Positions 63,695 to 64,000 of a stretch of 64,000 nucleotides of DNA are shown one piece after another. How positions within the stretch are numbered: the first letter of the stretch is position 1; each line of letters starts with the position of its first letter. The translations under genes and the position numbers were made by a program. Under the pieces are notes generated by a model. That model was not told the DNA's origin, did not search any database, and worked only from the letters and a program-made list of their open reading frames with translations. The stretch is from Bryobacterales bacterium (lineage in GTDB: Bacteria; Acidobacteriota; Terriglobia; Bryobacterales; Bryobacteraceae), in the NCBI GenBank assembly GCA_003136575.1, contig PLEX01000119.1, forward strand, positions 4,515-68,514, read 5' to 3'.

Positions 63695-64000
63695 TCAGGT
63701 CACTGGCCCGAACGCGACCACGAAATAGCGCGCCCTGACATCGGCGGAGGGGTTTCTGACTCCGTGTTCATCATTCGAGCCTGCAAAACCCAGGCCCCCT
63801 GGCCCGAGCCGCGTGGTCTTGCCGTTGACGGTGAAATCGAGCGTACCGTCGACGATCATCATCATTTCTTCGTGCACGTGATGGTGCGGCGGGTGCGGTT
63901 CCTGGCCAGGCCCGAGTTCTGTCTCGTGGGCCTCGATCCGAAAGCCCGAGTGCGTGAGGCCGTCAAAGATGGCGTGCGATACGTTCTGCCCGCCGGGCCG
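63695..64000 (-). CDS. cupin-domain protein (5' end runs off the window)
   Basis: GPGQEPHPPHHHVHEEMMMIVDGTLDFTVNGK...GFAGSNDEHGVRN. The reading frame stays open to the window edge. Confidence 0.65.
   Translation of the reverse strand, partial: RPGGQNVSHAIFDGLTHSGFRIEAHETELGPGQEPHPPHHHVHEEMMMIVDGTLDFTVNGKTTRLGPGGLGFAGSNDEHGVRNPSADVRARYFVVAFGPVT

Noticed and set aside
1-64000. Search for tRNA, rRNA, tmRNA and CRISPR arrays.
   Set aside because: I saw no T-arm/anticodon-arm-like cloverleaf candidates, no rRNA-like stretches and no regularly spaced direct repeats. This was done by eye only, so small RNAs could have been missed.

Overview
This is a 64-kb high-G+C bacterial chromosome segment (G+C judged by eye, not computed). 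It is most likely Acidobacteriota, based on a TIGR03436-type VWA protein, TIGR03435-type soil-associated proteins and many Tat/Sec-exported hypotheticals. All family calls rest on motifs I recognise in the translated ORFs; no searches were run.

About 55 genes look intact:
- Housekeeping: mutY, mfd, icd, coaD, an aminotransferase, argF-argH-argR with ARG boxes, dgt, comEC.
- Carbohydrate genes: a mannose-6-phosphate isomerase, a PfkB kinase, a GH1 beta-glucosidase.
- A Cys-type sulfatase / parvulin / FGE operon.
- Signalling: a CheB-CheR-PAS fusion and a REC-HPt protein.
- A Phd/VapC pair and an ArsR + SRPBCC trio.

I saw no rRNA, tRNA or CRISPR array.

Accessory or unusual content:
- A lower-G+C island at about 3.7-7.7 kb, with a single-ORF IS1-family transposase and orphan genes.
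- An unusually high number of decayed genes: an RHH/DUF5678-like ORF with an in-frame TGA, a frameshifted retropepsin-like gene, a histidine-kinase/receiver relic, two TIGR03435 relics, a DPPY methyltransferase relic, and two further TGA-interrupted reading frames.
- The best candidate for an undescribed system, at 42.9-48.3 kb. It is a tight convergent nine-gene cluster: a secreted protein whose mature N-terminus is His-His, four paralogous 4-TM proteins with a conserved TM1 histidine, a Tat-exported TIM-barrel enzyme and two paralogous secreted proteins with Gly/Arg-rich tails. A membrane-anchored regulator-like gene is transcribed divergently from the cluster.
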